A DNA stretch of 39,555 nucleotides from the NCBI GenBank assembly GCA_016932595.1, contig JAFGCP010000309.1, positions 1 through 39,555 on the forward strand, written 5' to 3'. Position numbers and translations under genes: made by a program. The stretch is from Deltaproteobacteria bacterium (GTDB taxonomy: Bacteria; Desulfobacterota; WTBG01; CAIYCZ01; CAIRTM01). Positions 9,961 through 18,353 of this stretch are shown in pieces. Below the pieces are notes generated by a model. That model was not told the DNA's origin, ran no database searches, and worked only from the letters and a program-made list of their open reading frames with translations. Every line of letters starts with the position of its first letter. Positions within the stretch are counted from its first letter, which is position 1.

Positions 9961-10356
9961 TTACGCTTCTGCTGTTGTTGCAGCGGGTTCGGCTGCCTCT
10001 ACAAGAGCTTCAGCAGGTATTGAGGCCTCAGCAGCAGCCAGTTCGCCTTCACTGCCGGCATGGCTGAAGTTTTTTTCGAGCTTAAGCACGGTATAGCGAA
10101 TAACCTGTTCATTGTAGCGCACCGTGCGGTCAATGTCTTTGAGCGTTTCAGCCGTACCGGTAAAGAAAAGGAAGCAGAAATTGCCTTTTGTATGCTTTTT
10201 GATGGCATATTTCAAATTGCGCTTGCCCCATTTTTCGGTTTTAAGCATAGAGCCGTTATGTTTAGCAACGACTGCTCCAAGGGCGCTGAACAATTCATCC
10301 ATGACGGAATCGCTTGACTCCGGCTGGAAGATTATGCAGAGTTCGTATCCTTTCAA
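9961..10356 (-). CDS. rpsF: 30S ribosomal protein S6
   Basis: YELCIIFQP, WGKRNLKYAIKK, VIRY; TTG start after GGAGG. Confidence 0.95.
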   Translation of the reverse strand: MKGYELCIIFQPESSDSVMDELFSALGAVVAKHNGSMLKTEKWGKRNLKYAIKKHTKGNFCFLFFTGTAETLKDIDRTVRYNEQVIRYTVLKLEKNFSHAGSEGELAAAEASIPAEALVEAAEPAATTAEA

Positions 10357-10388
10357 AATACATCCTCCTGATAAGAATGGTTTGGATA

Positions 10389-10706
10389 TTATAAGCTAAT
10401 ATCCTTTATGGTTACTTCGGTAAGCAGCTGACGGTGGCCGGTTTTTTTGCGATAGCCTTTTCGCCGTTTTGACTTGAAGATAATGACCTTCCTGCCTTTT
10501 GTCTGACGTTTGATTTCTGCTGATACTTTGGCGTTTGCAACAATCGGTGTGCCAATGTGAATGTCTTTTCCGTTTTCCGGAGCAACCATGAGCACGTCAG
10601 TGAACTCGATAGAGGAGCCCGGTTCACCTTCAAGCTTTTCAATCAATAGGCTGTCGCCAGGGGCGACCCGATACTGCTTACCACCCGTTTTCACGATGGC
10701 GTACAT
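10389..10706 (-). CDS. rplU: 50S ribosomal protein L21
   Basis: MYAIVKTGGKQYRV, FKSKRRKGYRKKTGHRQ. Confidence 0.98.
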   Translation of the reverse strand: MYAIVKTGGKQYRVAPGDSLLIEKLEGEPGSSIEFTDVLMVAPENGKDIHIGTPIVANAKVSAEIKRQTKGRKVIIFKSKRRKGYRKKTGHRQLLTEVTIKDISL

Positions 10707-10839
10707 AAATACACTCCTTGCAGGTTACGTGTTGAGCCGGTTAAGCTACTGCGCGTTAGCGCATCTGTCGCTTTGATAATTTCTCCCCGAGCCGTAGAGT
10801 TTTTGGGGATGATGTTATCTTTGATAATTAAAGAAGTGA

Positions 10840-10868
10840 TAATTAGTTCATTTTTTTCTTTTTGTCAA
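10840..10868 (-). promoter_or_regulatory. Possible sigma70 promoter of the rplU-rpsF operon
   Basis: Perfect TTGACA followed 17 nt later by an imperfect -10 (TAATTA) in an AT-rich spacer. Confidence 0.4.
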
Positions 10869-11026
10869 GCAATTAATTTTACGCTTTTAGCTCAAACCTT
10901 TACAAGGCCTTCTTTTTTTAATTCAATCTTGCACGGCGCACAGCGGTTGTGCTAGTAGTATGTCTGATCATGATTGATACCCCCTGCAGGCTGCAGGGGG
11001 CAACTCAGTGCCGCTCGCCTAAGATT

Positions 11027-12379
11027 ATGAAAAAGCAGCATATTTTATTGATTGATGATGATGAGTCGACGCTCAGCATGCTGTCGAAATTTTTTCTCAG
11101 GCAGAGTGCGTTTGTCCTGGAAGAAAGCGATGGCACGCACGCGCTGCAGATATTGCAGGAGGATGTTTTCGATGTTGTGATAACCGACCTTATGCTTGGT
11201 TCTGTAACCGGCATCGATATACTGAAAAAAGTCAAAGAAGTGGCTCCTCATACCGAGGTGATTATAATAACCGGCAACAGTTCGGTTGACTCTGCGGTGC
11301 AGGCAATGAAGCAGGGGGCCTTTGATTATATCACGAAGCCTATAGACCTGACTGAGCTCAATCTTGTGGTGCAGAAGGCCTATGAGCGGCAGCGCCTTGT
11401 CGCCGAAGTCAAGAATTTGAGAAGCCAGGTTAATGACCTGTTCAAATTCGACAATATTGTTGCAACAAGTCCGGCAATGCAGAAACTTCTCGCTATGGTA
11501 AGGCGCGTGGCCAGGTCCACCTCAACGGTGCTCATTGAGGGCGAAAGCGGCACCGGCAAAGAGGTTATCGCACATGCCATTTACAATTACAGCCTTCGAA
11601 GCGACGGCCCGTTTGTGGCAATCAATTGCGGGGCACTGCCTGAAACCCTGCTTGAAAGCGAGCTTTTCGGCTATGTCAAGGGAGCATTCACCGGCGCCAA
11701 TCTCACGAAAAAAGGTCTTTTCGAAGAGGCCCATGGAGGCACCATATTTCTAGATGAAATCGGGGAAACCAGCCCGGCTTTTCAGGTGAAGCTGCTGCGT
11801 GTTCTTCAGGAAAATGAAATTCGGCGCGTCGGGGATACCAAGGATATCGTCATCGACGTCCGCGTGCTTGCTTCAAGCAATGTGCCGATCAAGCAGCTGG
11901 TGGACGAGGGGCGCTTCCGTCAGGACCTGTATTTCAGGCTCAATGTGATTCCTCTGTATATTCCGCCTATCGCGGAGCGCCGTGAGGATATTCTGCCGCT
12001 TGCCCTTTTTTTTGTAGAGCGATACTGCAAGCGGACAAACAGGAGCTTAATCGGGCTGTCCAGAGACGCGATGCACAAGCTTGAGTTGTACGACTGGCCC
12101 GGCAATGTGCGGGAGCTTGAAAATACTATCGAGCGGGCCATGATTCTTGCGGAGACGGATGAGGTCACAGCCGATGATATATTGCTTGAAAACTATAATG
12201 GCAAAAAAGCGCAGTCGTATAATTTCTCGCACATGACTCTGCGTGACCTTGAGCGCCGCCATATAGAGGAAATGCTTATTCACTGCGGATGGAATCAGCG
12301 CGAGGCTGCCAAAAGGCTCAGCATCGGCTATAATACGCTCTGGCGTAAAATTAAAGAGTATGGCCTTGAACGCGCATAA
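11027..12379 (+). CDS. Sigma54-dependent response regulator (NtrC/AtoC/ZraR family: REC-AAA+-HTH)
   Basis: REC (LIDDD, TDLML, KP), Walker [21 protein letters not shown], Walker [23 protein letters not shown], Fis-type HTH; start at MKKQHIL. Confidence 0.95.
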   Translation: MKKQHILLIDDDESTLSMLSKFFLRQSAFVLEESDGTHALQILQEDVFDVVITDLMLGSVTGIDILKKVKEVAPHTEVIIITGNSSVDSAVQAMKQGAFDYITKPIDLTELNLVVQKAYERQRLVAEVKNLRSQVNDLFKFDNIVATSPAMQKLLAMVRRVARSTSTVLIEGESGTGKEVIAHAIYNYSLRSDGPFVAINCGALPETLLESELFGYVKGAFTGANLTKKGLFEEAHGGTIFLDEIGETSPAFQVKLLRVLQENEIRRVGDTKDIVIDVRVLASSNVPIKQLVDEGRFRQDLYFRLNVIPLYIPPIAERREDILPLALFFVERYCKRTNRSLIGLSRDAMHKLELYDWPGNVRELENTIERAMILAETDEVTADDILLENYNGKKAQSYNFSHMTLRDLERRHIEEMLIHCGWNQREAAKRLSIGYNTLWRKIKEYGLERA

Positions 12380-12459
12380 GGCGCTTGGTTGAAGCGTCAC
12401 GCGGGGGGCAGCTTCATCTGATCGGTCCCGGTTTTTTGAGATGCCTGTCACTCCTGCAT

Positions 12460-13827
12460 TCAATTGACCAGAAAAGGCCTTAAAACTTCCGAGCAGGACG
12501 ACGCTTTTATTCTCTGCAGAGCCGTTGTTTCAATCTGACGAACGCGCTCGCGTGAAATACCGAATTTTTCACCAATTTCTTCCAGTGTATGCTCTCCGTC
12601 GACGCCAAGCCCAAACCGCATGCGAAGAATTCTTTCGTCCCGGGGGGACAGACATTTGAGCATTTCTTCGGTTTCATGCTCCAGCTGATACTTGAGTACA
12701 TGCTCAATCGGCGACTGCGGCATGGTTGCCGCTATGCATTCATGCAGGTTGCTGCCATCTTCTCCAAAGGGTGTTTCCAGGGAGAGAGGATCACGTGTAA
12801 TCTGAAGAGCAAAATGAACATTGACCGTTTCATTATCGGGACCCACCACAGCGCTTTCTGCGGGCACGCGCTGCTCATCGTTTTTTGTTTCATGCAGCAG
12901 CTTTTTGATTTTATCGTTTATATACACGGGAATTCGGATCGTTGACGACTTGTCTTCTATTGCCCTGATTATGGTCTGGCGTATCCACCAGCTTGCATAG
13001 GTGCTCAGGCGGTTGCCCAGCCGGTAATCAAATTTCTCCACGGCCCTCATAAGCCCTATATTGCCTTCCTGAATCAAATCCGAAAGGGGAAGCCCTCGGG
13101 CTGCATATTTTTTTGCTATACCAACCACAAGGCGAAGATTTGCCCCTACCAGTTCATTTTTCGCTTTTTTTGCAGCTCGGTCGGCCTTCAGATACTGGCG
13201 CAGAAGCGACAGAATATTTTTTCTAGCTTTGTTTATCTTGGCGGGATTTATAAAGGGGTAGAGCTTTTTAACAGCTCCGGATTTGTACGTGCGCAGTAAA
13301 TCAAAATGCATGCACATATCATCCGTCTCAAGTACCGCTACCGCTTTTTCCCTGCAGAGCTTTTTGCTTTTGTAGTAGGTGTGTTTTTCATTTTCAAGGG
13401 TAGCCTCTACCGCCATGACGGTGCGGTGAGCCCTTTGTATTTTTTGCAGCAGATCAAGGAATTTCGTGGTGTTTTTGTCATGCGGCCCCTGTTTTGCTGA
13501 AGCGGGCGTTTTTTTCCAGTCTATAATCGTAGAAAAATTTACAGCCCACTGCCTGATGAGAGAGCGTTTTTTTTTGTCTGCTTCAGCATAAGCAATAGCC
13601 AGATCCATCTCCTTATCGCGCGACACGACAGGCCATGTTTTAATCTCATTGAGGTAGGCAGTTATAACATTTCCATGTGAGCTTTTATCGTGCAAATCCG
13701 AACCCACGGATTCTTCCGGCGCCTCTTTCTCGGTTGCACTGCACTCCTCATTCTCCACACATTCAGTTGCATCCAGCAGCATATCTTCAAAATCTTCGCC
13801 GTGTATAGCAATCTGTTTTGTATTCAT
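12460..13827 (-). CDS. Alternative RNA polymerase sigma70 factor (RpoD/RpoS-like, non-primary)
   Basis: Region 1.2 AYLNEI, region 2 [42 protein letters not shown], region 4 [15 protein letters not shown]; start 13827 (ATG) or 13836 (GTG). Confidence 0.92.
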   Translation of the reverse strand: MNTKQIAIHGEDFEDMLLDATECVENEECSATEKEAPEESVGSDLHDKSSHGNVITAYLNEIKTWPVVSRDKEMDLAIAYAEADKKKRSLIRQWAVNFSTIIDWKKTPASAKQGPHDKNTTKFLDLLQKIQRAHRTVMAVEATLENEKHTYYKSKKLCREKAVAVLETDDMCMHFDLLRTYKSGAVKKLYPFINPAKINKARKNILSLLRQYLKADRAAKKAKNELVGANLRLVVGIAKKYAARGLPLSDLIQEGNIGLMRAVEKFDYRLGNRLSTYASWWIRQTIIRAIEDKSSTIRIPVYINDKIKKLLHETKNDEQRVPAESAVVGPDNETVNVHFALQITRDPLSLETPFGEDGSNLHECIAATMPQSPIEHVLKYQLEHETEEMLKCLSPRDERILRMRFGLGVDGEHTLEEIGEKFGISRERVRQIETTALQRIKASSCSEVLRPFLVN

Positions 13828-13865
13828 AACATACACCTTTCCTTTACTGTTCGGTCTATAAATGA

Positions 13866-13881
13866 AGCAAATAGCGTGCCG
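13866..13881 (-). promoter_or_regulatory. Sigma54 (-24/-12) promoter of the sigma factor gene
   Basis: CGGCACGCTATTTGCT = GG-N10-GC, matching YGGCAC-N5-TTGCW, 30-40 nt upstream of the start. Confidence 0.8.
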
Positions 13882-13963
13882 CTGTATTTTTTTTATAAAA
13901 AATTTTAACTATTCGTAATTGCAGTGTTTTTTTTAATTTAATGTGGGGTTTGGCAGGCACTGT

Positions 13964-13980
13964 TGTTCCAAAATGGAATA
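13964..13980. promoter_or_regulatory. Palindrome, candidate enhancer (bEBP binding site)
   Basis: TTCCA-AAA-TGGAA about 85-100 bp upstream of the sigma54 -24 box, separated from it by an AT-rich tract. Confidence 0.45.
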
Positions 13981-14194
13981 AGTGTGGCTGTATTGGAATA
14001 CTAGGATCTTTTTTTTCGAGCATTTAACTTTTTTCCCCAGCCGTATGCGTCGTGAAGCTTTTGGTTCGTTAGCCCGTGCTATATTTTTGCAGGCTACGCC
14101 GGTACTGGTGGTCCACCAAAGGCTCGAACCGCACTGGTTGCCTCACCAAAAGCTTTCAGGTCTCCGCATGGTTACAATATTTTGTTAAATGCCC

Positions 14195-14348
14195 AGCAGG
14201 CTGTTGAAAAACGCCCATCTGCTGCGTTGCACTCATCATGCTTCACTGCGGCCTACGAAAAGTACGCCTCATTTCTCATGATTTCGCGCGCCTTGCATCT
14301 GAGCATTTTTGAACAGTATGCCTTAACTGACTTTTTCAACAACCTGCT
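14195..14348. mobile_element. MITE-like non-autonomous repeat (154 bp)
   Basis: Terminal inverted repeats AGCAGGCTGTTGAAAAA / TTTTTCAACAACCTGCT (16/17 match), CCAG/CTAG at the ends, a nested internal inverted repeat, no transposase. Confidence 0.75.
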
Positions 14349-14482
14349 AGCAGAAAGTCAGCAACGTTAAAGCATAAAAACAGGTGTTTATTGTCTCAAG
14401 AAAACGATTGCCTGTGGCGATGGGTGCTGAAGCCGGCAGTTCAAATACTGCGTTTTTTTTGATTTTGTTTGCGGTGGGGCAC

Positions 14483-14516
14483 AAAAAAAACCCATCCTTA
14501 TCTGGATGGGCTTTTT
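14483..14516 (-). terminator. Terminator of the porD-like to nuoF-like operon
   Basis: CCCATCC/GGATGGG stem with A8 on the left (T8 on the minus strand) and T5 on the right, 17 nt after the stop. Confidence 0.85.
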
Positions 14517-14533
14517 CAATTGCGAGCGGTAGG

Positions 14534-16228
14534 TTATTTTATATATGCGACGTAGTCATCGCGGAAATGTTTCAGCGATGAGAGAACAGGTATGGGAGCT
14601 GTTTTTCCCAGTGCGCATGCTGAGGCGCTAATTATGGTTTCAGACATGTCCTGCAGCAGGGACAGGTCGTGAGCCGTTCCGCGGCCTGCAATAATTTCGT
14701 CGAGCATGGCGCACATTCTACATACACCTTCCCGGCAGGGGACGCATTTTCCGCATGATTCCTGAACGAAAAAGTCGGTCAGGTAGCGCGCTATTTTCAC
14801 CATATCCGTTGTTTCATCCATAATAACCATGCCGCCTGAACCAAGCATCGTTCCCGCGCTTTTGAGCGAATCATAGTCAACGGTGAGAGTTTCCAGGCTT
14901 GCTGGAATGACGCCTCCTGACGGGCCGCCGGTTTGTATGCTTTTGAGCTTTTTGCCGCCGTCGATACCGCCGCCGATTGTGTGTACAACATCTTTGAGCG
15001 AGGTGCCCATGGCCACTTCAATCATGCCTGCCCGGGTTATATTGCCCGAAAGGGACAGTACTTTGGTTCCTTTGCTTTTATCGCTTCCGATTTTTTTGTA
15101 CCATGCGCTGCCCTTGGCAATAATTACCGGCACATTGGCCCAGGTTTCAACATTGTTGATGCAGGTCGGCCTGGAAAAAAGGCCCTTTTCAACGGGGAAA
15201 GGAGGCCTCTGGCAGGGCTCGCCAATACGGCCCTCGATGCAGGCGATGAGCGCGGTTTCTTCTCCGCAGACAAAACGCCCGCCGCCTTCTTTAACTTTAA
15301 CCGCCATGCTGAAGGATGTTCCAAGAATATTGTCGCCGAGCAGTCCCAGTTCAGTGGCATCAGCTATGGCCTTTTGGAAGCGCTTCAGGGCTATGCGGTA
15401 ATTATCGCGGATGTACACATAGGCGGTACTGGCGCCGATGGCAAAGCCGCCGATAATGAGCCCTTCAAGCACAGAGTGCGGATCTGATTCAAGGTAGCTG
15501 CGATGCATGCCGATGCCGGGTTCTCCTTCACTGACATTGCAGATGAGGTATTTTTCCGGGCCGGCAGACTCGCGGCAGGCTTTCCACTTGAGGCCTGCAG
15601 GGAAGCCGCCGCCGCCGCGGCCGCGCAGCCCCGCATCAATAATATCCTTGATGATTGCTTCCGGCTTCATGGCAAGGGCCCTGGCAAGAGCTGCATAGCC
15701 ATCGCGAGCTATATATTCATAAATGTTTTCAGGATTGATGCTGCCGGCATTGCGCAGGATAACTTTGCGCTGCGCCTTCAGGAATTCGATATCATTGACT
15801 GACCTGACTGAAGCGCAGCCGCCTTCGTCAGCGCTGTACTGATACTTTATTTCACCCACAAGCGCATGGTCTTCACTGTCGACGCGCGCGAAAGCCATAT
15901 CCTCAACCACGCTGCCTGCTGCGACAGCATCAAGCAGCCGGTGTATATCCTGTTCTTTGACATTGCCATAAATGATTTTGGATTTGCCAGGCTGCTGAAT
16001 TTCAACGGTCGGCTCCATATGGCACAGGCCGGTGCAGCCGACTTTTGCTAGCTCGGCATTCATGTTCCGTGATTTCAGTCCGTACTCAAGCGCGCTGAGC
16101 ACCACGTCTGCGCCTTTTGCAATGCAGCAGGTTGACATGCCGACATTAATGCGCACTGTGCCGGGGAAGAGCGTTTTATTACCCTGTTCCTTTGCCTTTA
16201 CCAAATCTTCTGCCGTCTGTATTTTCAT
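14534..16228 (-). CDS. NuoF/HoxF/HydB-family NAD(P)H-binding FMN Fe-S flavoprotein
   Basis: N-terminal thioredoxin-like 2Fe-2S (TCC..GCTGLC), GLRGRGGGGFP, FVCGEETAL, INNVET, QTGGPSGG, ESCGKCVPCREG, CALG. Confidence 0.93.
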   Translation of the reverse strand: MKIQTAEDLVKAKEQGNKTLFPGTVRINVGMSTCCIAKGADVVLSALEYGLKSRNMNAELAKVGCTGLCHMEPTVEIQQPGKSKIIYGNVKEQDIHRLLDAVAAGSVVEDMAFARVDSEDHALVGEIKYQYSADEGGCASVRSVNDIEFLKAQRKVILRNAGSINPENIYEYIARDGYAALARALAMKPEAIIKDIIDAGLRGRGGGGFPAGLKWKACRESAGPEKYLICNVSEGEPGIGMHRSYLESDPHSVLEGLIIGGFAIGASTAYVYIRDNYRIALKRFQKAIADATELGLLGDNILGTSFSMAVKVKEGGGRFVCGEETALIACIEGRIGEPCQRPPFPVEKGLFSRPTCINNVETWANVPVIIAKGSAWYKKIGSDKSKGTKVLSLSGNITRAGMIEVAMGTSLKDVVHTIGGGIDGGKKLKSIQTGGPSGGVIPASLETLTVDYDSLKSAGTMLGSGGMVIMDETTDMVKIARYLTDFFVQESCGKCVPCREGVCRMCAMLDEIIAGRGTAHDLSLLQDMSETIISASACALGKTAPIPVLSSLKHFRDDYVAYIK

Positions 16229-16260
16229 TGTATTCCTCGTCAGTAACGCGGTTAATGCTC

Positions 16261-16920
16261 TTATGCAAGTGCCTCAATTTTGGCTTTTGCCTCGTCGCCC
16301 GTGTAGATTCTTCCGTCGATTTCAACGGCGGGGGAGCAGTCGCAGCAGCCCATGCACAGGGTTTTTTCCATGCTGACGGCCGGCGAAGCAGTCACTTTTT
16401 CTTCGATCTGCCGCGCAATGCCGTTTTTGTCATTGAGGTGGCAGGCCGTGCCGCAGCAGACTTTTACATGATGGCTTCCCGGGCGGGTGAGTCTGAAGGT
16501 TTTATAGAATGTCGCAACATTGTAGATGGTGCTCAAACTGATCCCTGTTTTGTTGCTTACGGCGCGCAGTGCTTCAACAGGCACATAGCCCACTTCATCC
16601 TGTATATCGTGCAGAATATACATGAGCTTATCCTGCGACGTGCCGTGCTTTTTGATGATCTCATCGATGACTTTTATGTCAAAATCGCCCAGTTCCTTGA
16701 ATTTTTTGAGAATGGCGGTTTTGAACGGATCAGGTACTATCTCCGCGACCACGGCTTTAACATGTTCCTCAAGAGCAGGGCCGCCCTGGGCTTTCTGTGC
16801 GATCACGGCAGACAGTTTTCCGCGGAATACTCCCCTCATCGCTTCAGGGACTTCGCCGAGCATGATTTCAAACATGGCTTCGCTTTTGCCTGACCAGGTT
16901 ATAGCTGTTGCCTCTGACAT
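16261..16920 (-). CDS. NuoE/HydC-family 2Fe-2S protein with an extra N-terminal helical domain
   Basis: ILHDIQDEVGYVP, VATFY, VCCGTACH, CMGCCDCSP; about 80-aa N-terminal extension. Confidence 0.9.
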   Translation of the reverse strand: MSEATAITWSGKSEAMFEIMLGEVPEAMRGVFRGKLSAVIAQKAQGGPALEEHVKAVVAEIVPDPFKTAILKKFKELGDFDIKVIDEIIKKHGTSQDKLMYILHDIQDEVGYVPVEALRAVSNKTGISLSTIYNVATFYKTFRLTRPGSHHVKVCCGTACHLNDKNGIARQIEEKVTASPAVSMEKTLCMGCCDCSPAVEIDGRIYTGDEAKAKIEALA

Positions 16921-16965
16921 ATGAAACTCCCTAGTAGTGAATTATTTTGTTTCCGCGCCTTTTGC

Positions 16966-17688
16966 TCAGAGCGTTTTTTGAGTTTTGCTTTTCAGAAGTT
17001 CAAGGTTTGCGTTGACTTCTTCCTTCAAGGCAATGATTTTTTTTGCGCTCCAGCCGGCAAAGCGGGTCTGCGCCTTCACATAGCCCTCAACCGGCTGCGG
17101 GTTCGGGTCTTCACAGGTGATTTTATAGTATCCCTGGGCTATTTCATAGAGCGGGAAAACACGGCTTTCAACAGCTTTTCTCCCGACCTTCACCGTGTTT
17201 TCAGCCTCGAATCCCCATCCTACCGGGCAGGGGCAGAGGATATGCACAAAGGCTGATCCGGCGCAGTCCCAGGCTTTGCGAATTTTATCCACAAGGTCAA
17301 AGGGATGGCTCGGGCATGCTGTAGCGCTATAGTCGCAACCGCTTGCGCTTGCCACTGCCGGAAGTTTTTTCAGCATAACGGCCGTGTCAACCCTGCCGCC
17401 TGTGCATTCATTGTCGAAACAGATATGAAGAGCGCCCTCTTTTTTAGCAATGCTCAGCAGCGCAGGCTGTGAGCCTGCCGCAATGGCGCCGGAGTTAACA
17501 ATGATGCTTTCCTCCCACGGTATCTGCCATTTGGCCTGCTCTATATTCGCGCCGCTGCCTTCCAGCGCTTTGTAGACCTGACGTACGGCAAGTGCTACGC
17601 CGCAGCCTTTGCAGGCATTGTGACCTTTGGGCCCGAAATGCTCCTTGAAAGGCAGAAACTGTGCTGCATAAAGCGTGTATGTATCCAT
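16966..17688 (-). CDS. 2-oxoacid:ferredoxin oxidoreductase beta-subunit (PorB)-like protein lacking the TPP-binding motif
   Basis: GHNACKGCG, ICFDNE, YSATACP, CPCPVGW, FPLYEI, YVKAQTRF match PorB; no GDG motif; only 240 aa. Confidence 0.85.
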   Translation of the reverse strand: MDTYTLYAAQFLPFKEHFGPKGHNACKGCGVALAVRQVYKALEGSGANIEQAKWQIPWEESIIVNSGAIAAGSQPALLSIAKKEGALHICFDNECTGGRVDTAVMLKKLPAVASASGCDYSATACPSHPFDLVDKIRKAWDCAGSAFVHILCPCPVGWGFEAENTVKVGRKAVESRVFPLYEIAQGYYKITCEDPNPQPVEGYVKAQTRFAGWSAKKIIALKEEVNANLELLKSKTQKTL

Positions 17689-17966
17689 TATTCAACCTCC
17701 TGCATGCTGACGGCGCCGAACCAGCACTCGCGATGACAGATGCCGCATCCTTTGCACAATTTGATATCAACATCATAAAACCCGTCTTCCTGCCGACTGA
17801 TGGCTGCGTCCGGGCAGTAAATATAGCAGAGTGCGCAACGCACGCACAATGTCTTGTCCCATACAGGGCCAAATTGCGGTTTGGTTCCCGGCGTATAAGG
17901 CTGCGCTTGCCCTGCTTCCAGCAATTGACAGCCCACTTTTTCCTGCTTGAATGTTTTGCTGATCAA
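17688..17966 (-). CDS. PorD-like 2x[4Fe-4S] ferredoxin subunit
   Basis: CVRCALCYIYCP and CKGCGICHREC; TTG at 17966 lies 7 nt after AAAGGAGA; stop overlaps the next start (TAATG). Confidence 0.9.
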   Translation of the reverse strand: MISKTFKQEKVGCQLLEAGQAQPYTPGTKPQFGPVWDKTLCVRCALCYIYCPDAAISRQEDGFYDVDIKLCKGCGICHRECWFGAVSMQEVE

Positions 17967-18053
17967 AGTTGGGTCTCCTTTGCGATTTTGATTGTAATTA
18001 TGCAAAATTATAGTTAATGAATGTGCTATGGCAAAGTATAAAATTAGATTGTA

Positions 18054-18082
18054 AGCTTATATTTTACCCCTTTAATTGTCAA
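18054..18082 (-). promoter_or_regulatory. Sigma70 promoter of the porD-like operon
   Basis: TTGACA-N17-TAAGCT. Confidence 0.65.
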
Positions 18083-18353
18083 GCCATTTTTGGGTTGTTT
18101 TATCCGGTGCAGGAGACTGTGCCGTAATTAAAATGAACGTTGATTCTGGTGCGTCGCCCGCGCTCCGCCACGGCTGAAAGAAGGTTGCTTGTTTTTTTAA
18201 ACAGCGCAGAAGCGAATGGTCATTTGCCCCTGCGCTGTATCAGAACTGCCTGGGCTCATTCAGCATGGGCAAAGATTATATACCTGCGATACAATCTCCT
18301 GTGACGGGTGTGATGGCCTTGAATAAAGAAACATTTTTCTGCCTGGGAGGTAT

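Noticed and set aside
14182-14370. 62-aa ORF
   Set aside because: It spans the MITE-like repeat and has no RBS or protein-like features.
14534-16920. Respiratory complex I nuoEF
   Set aside because: No other nuo genes are adjacent, and the F-like subunit has the HydB/HoxF-type N-terminal 2Fe-2S domain.
17285-17293. Perfect DnaA box TTATCCACA
   Set aside because: A single copy inside a coding sequence with no cluster; not evidence for oriC.
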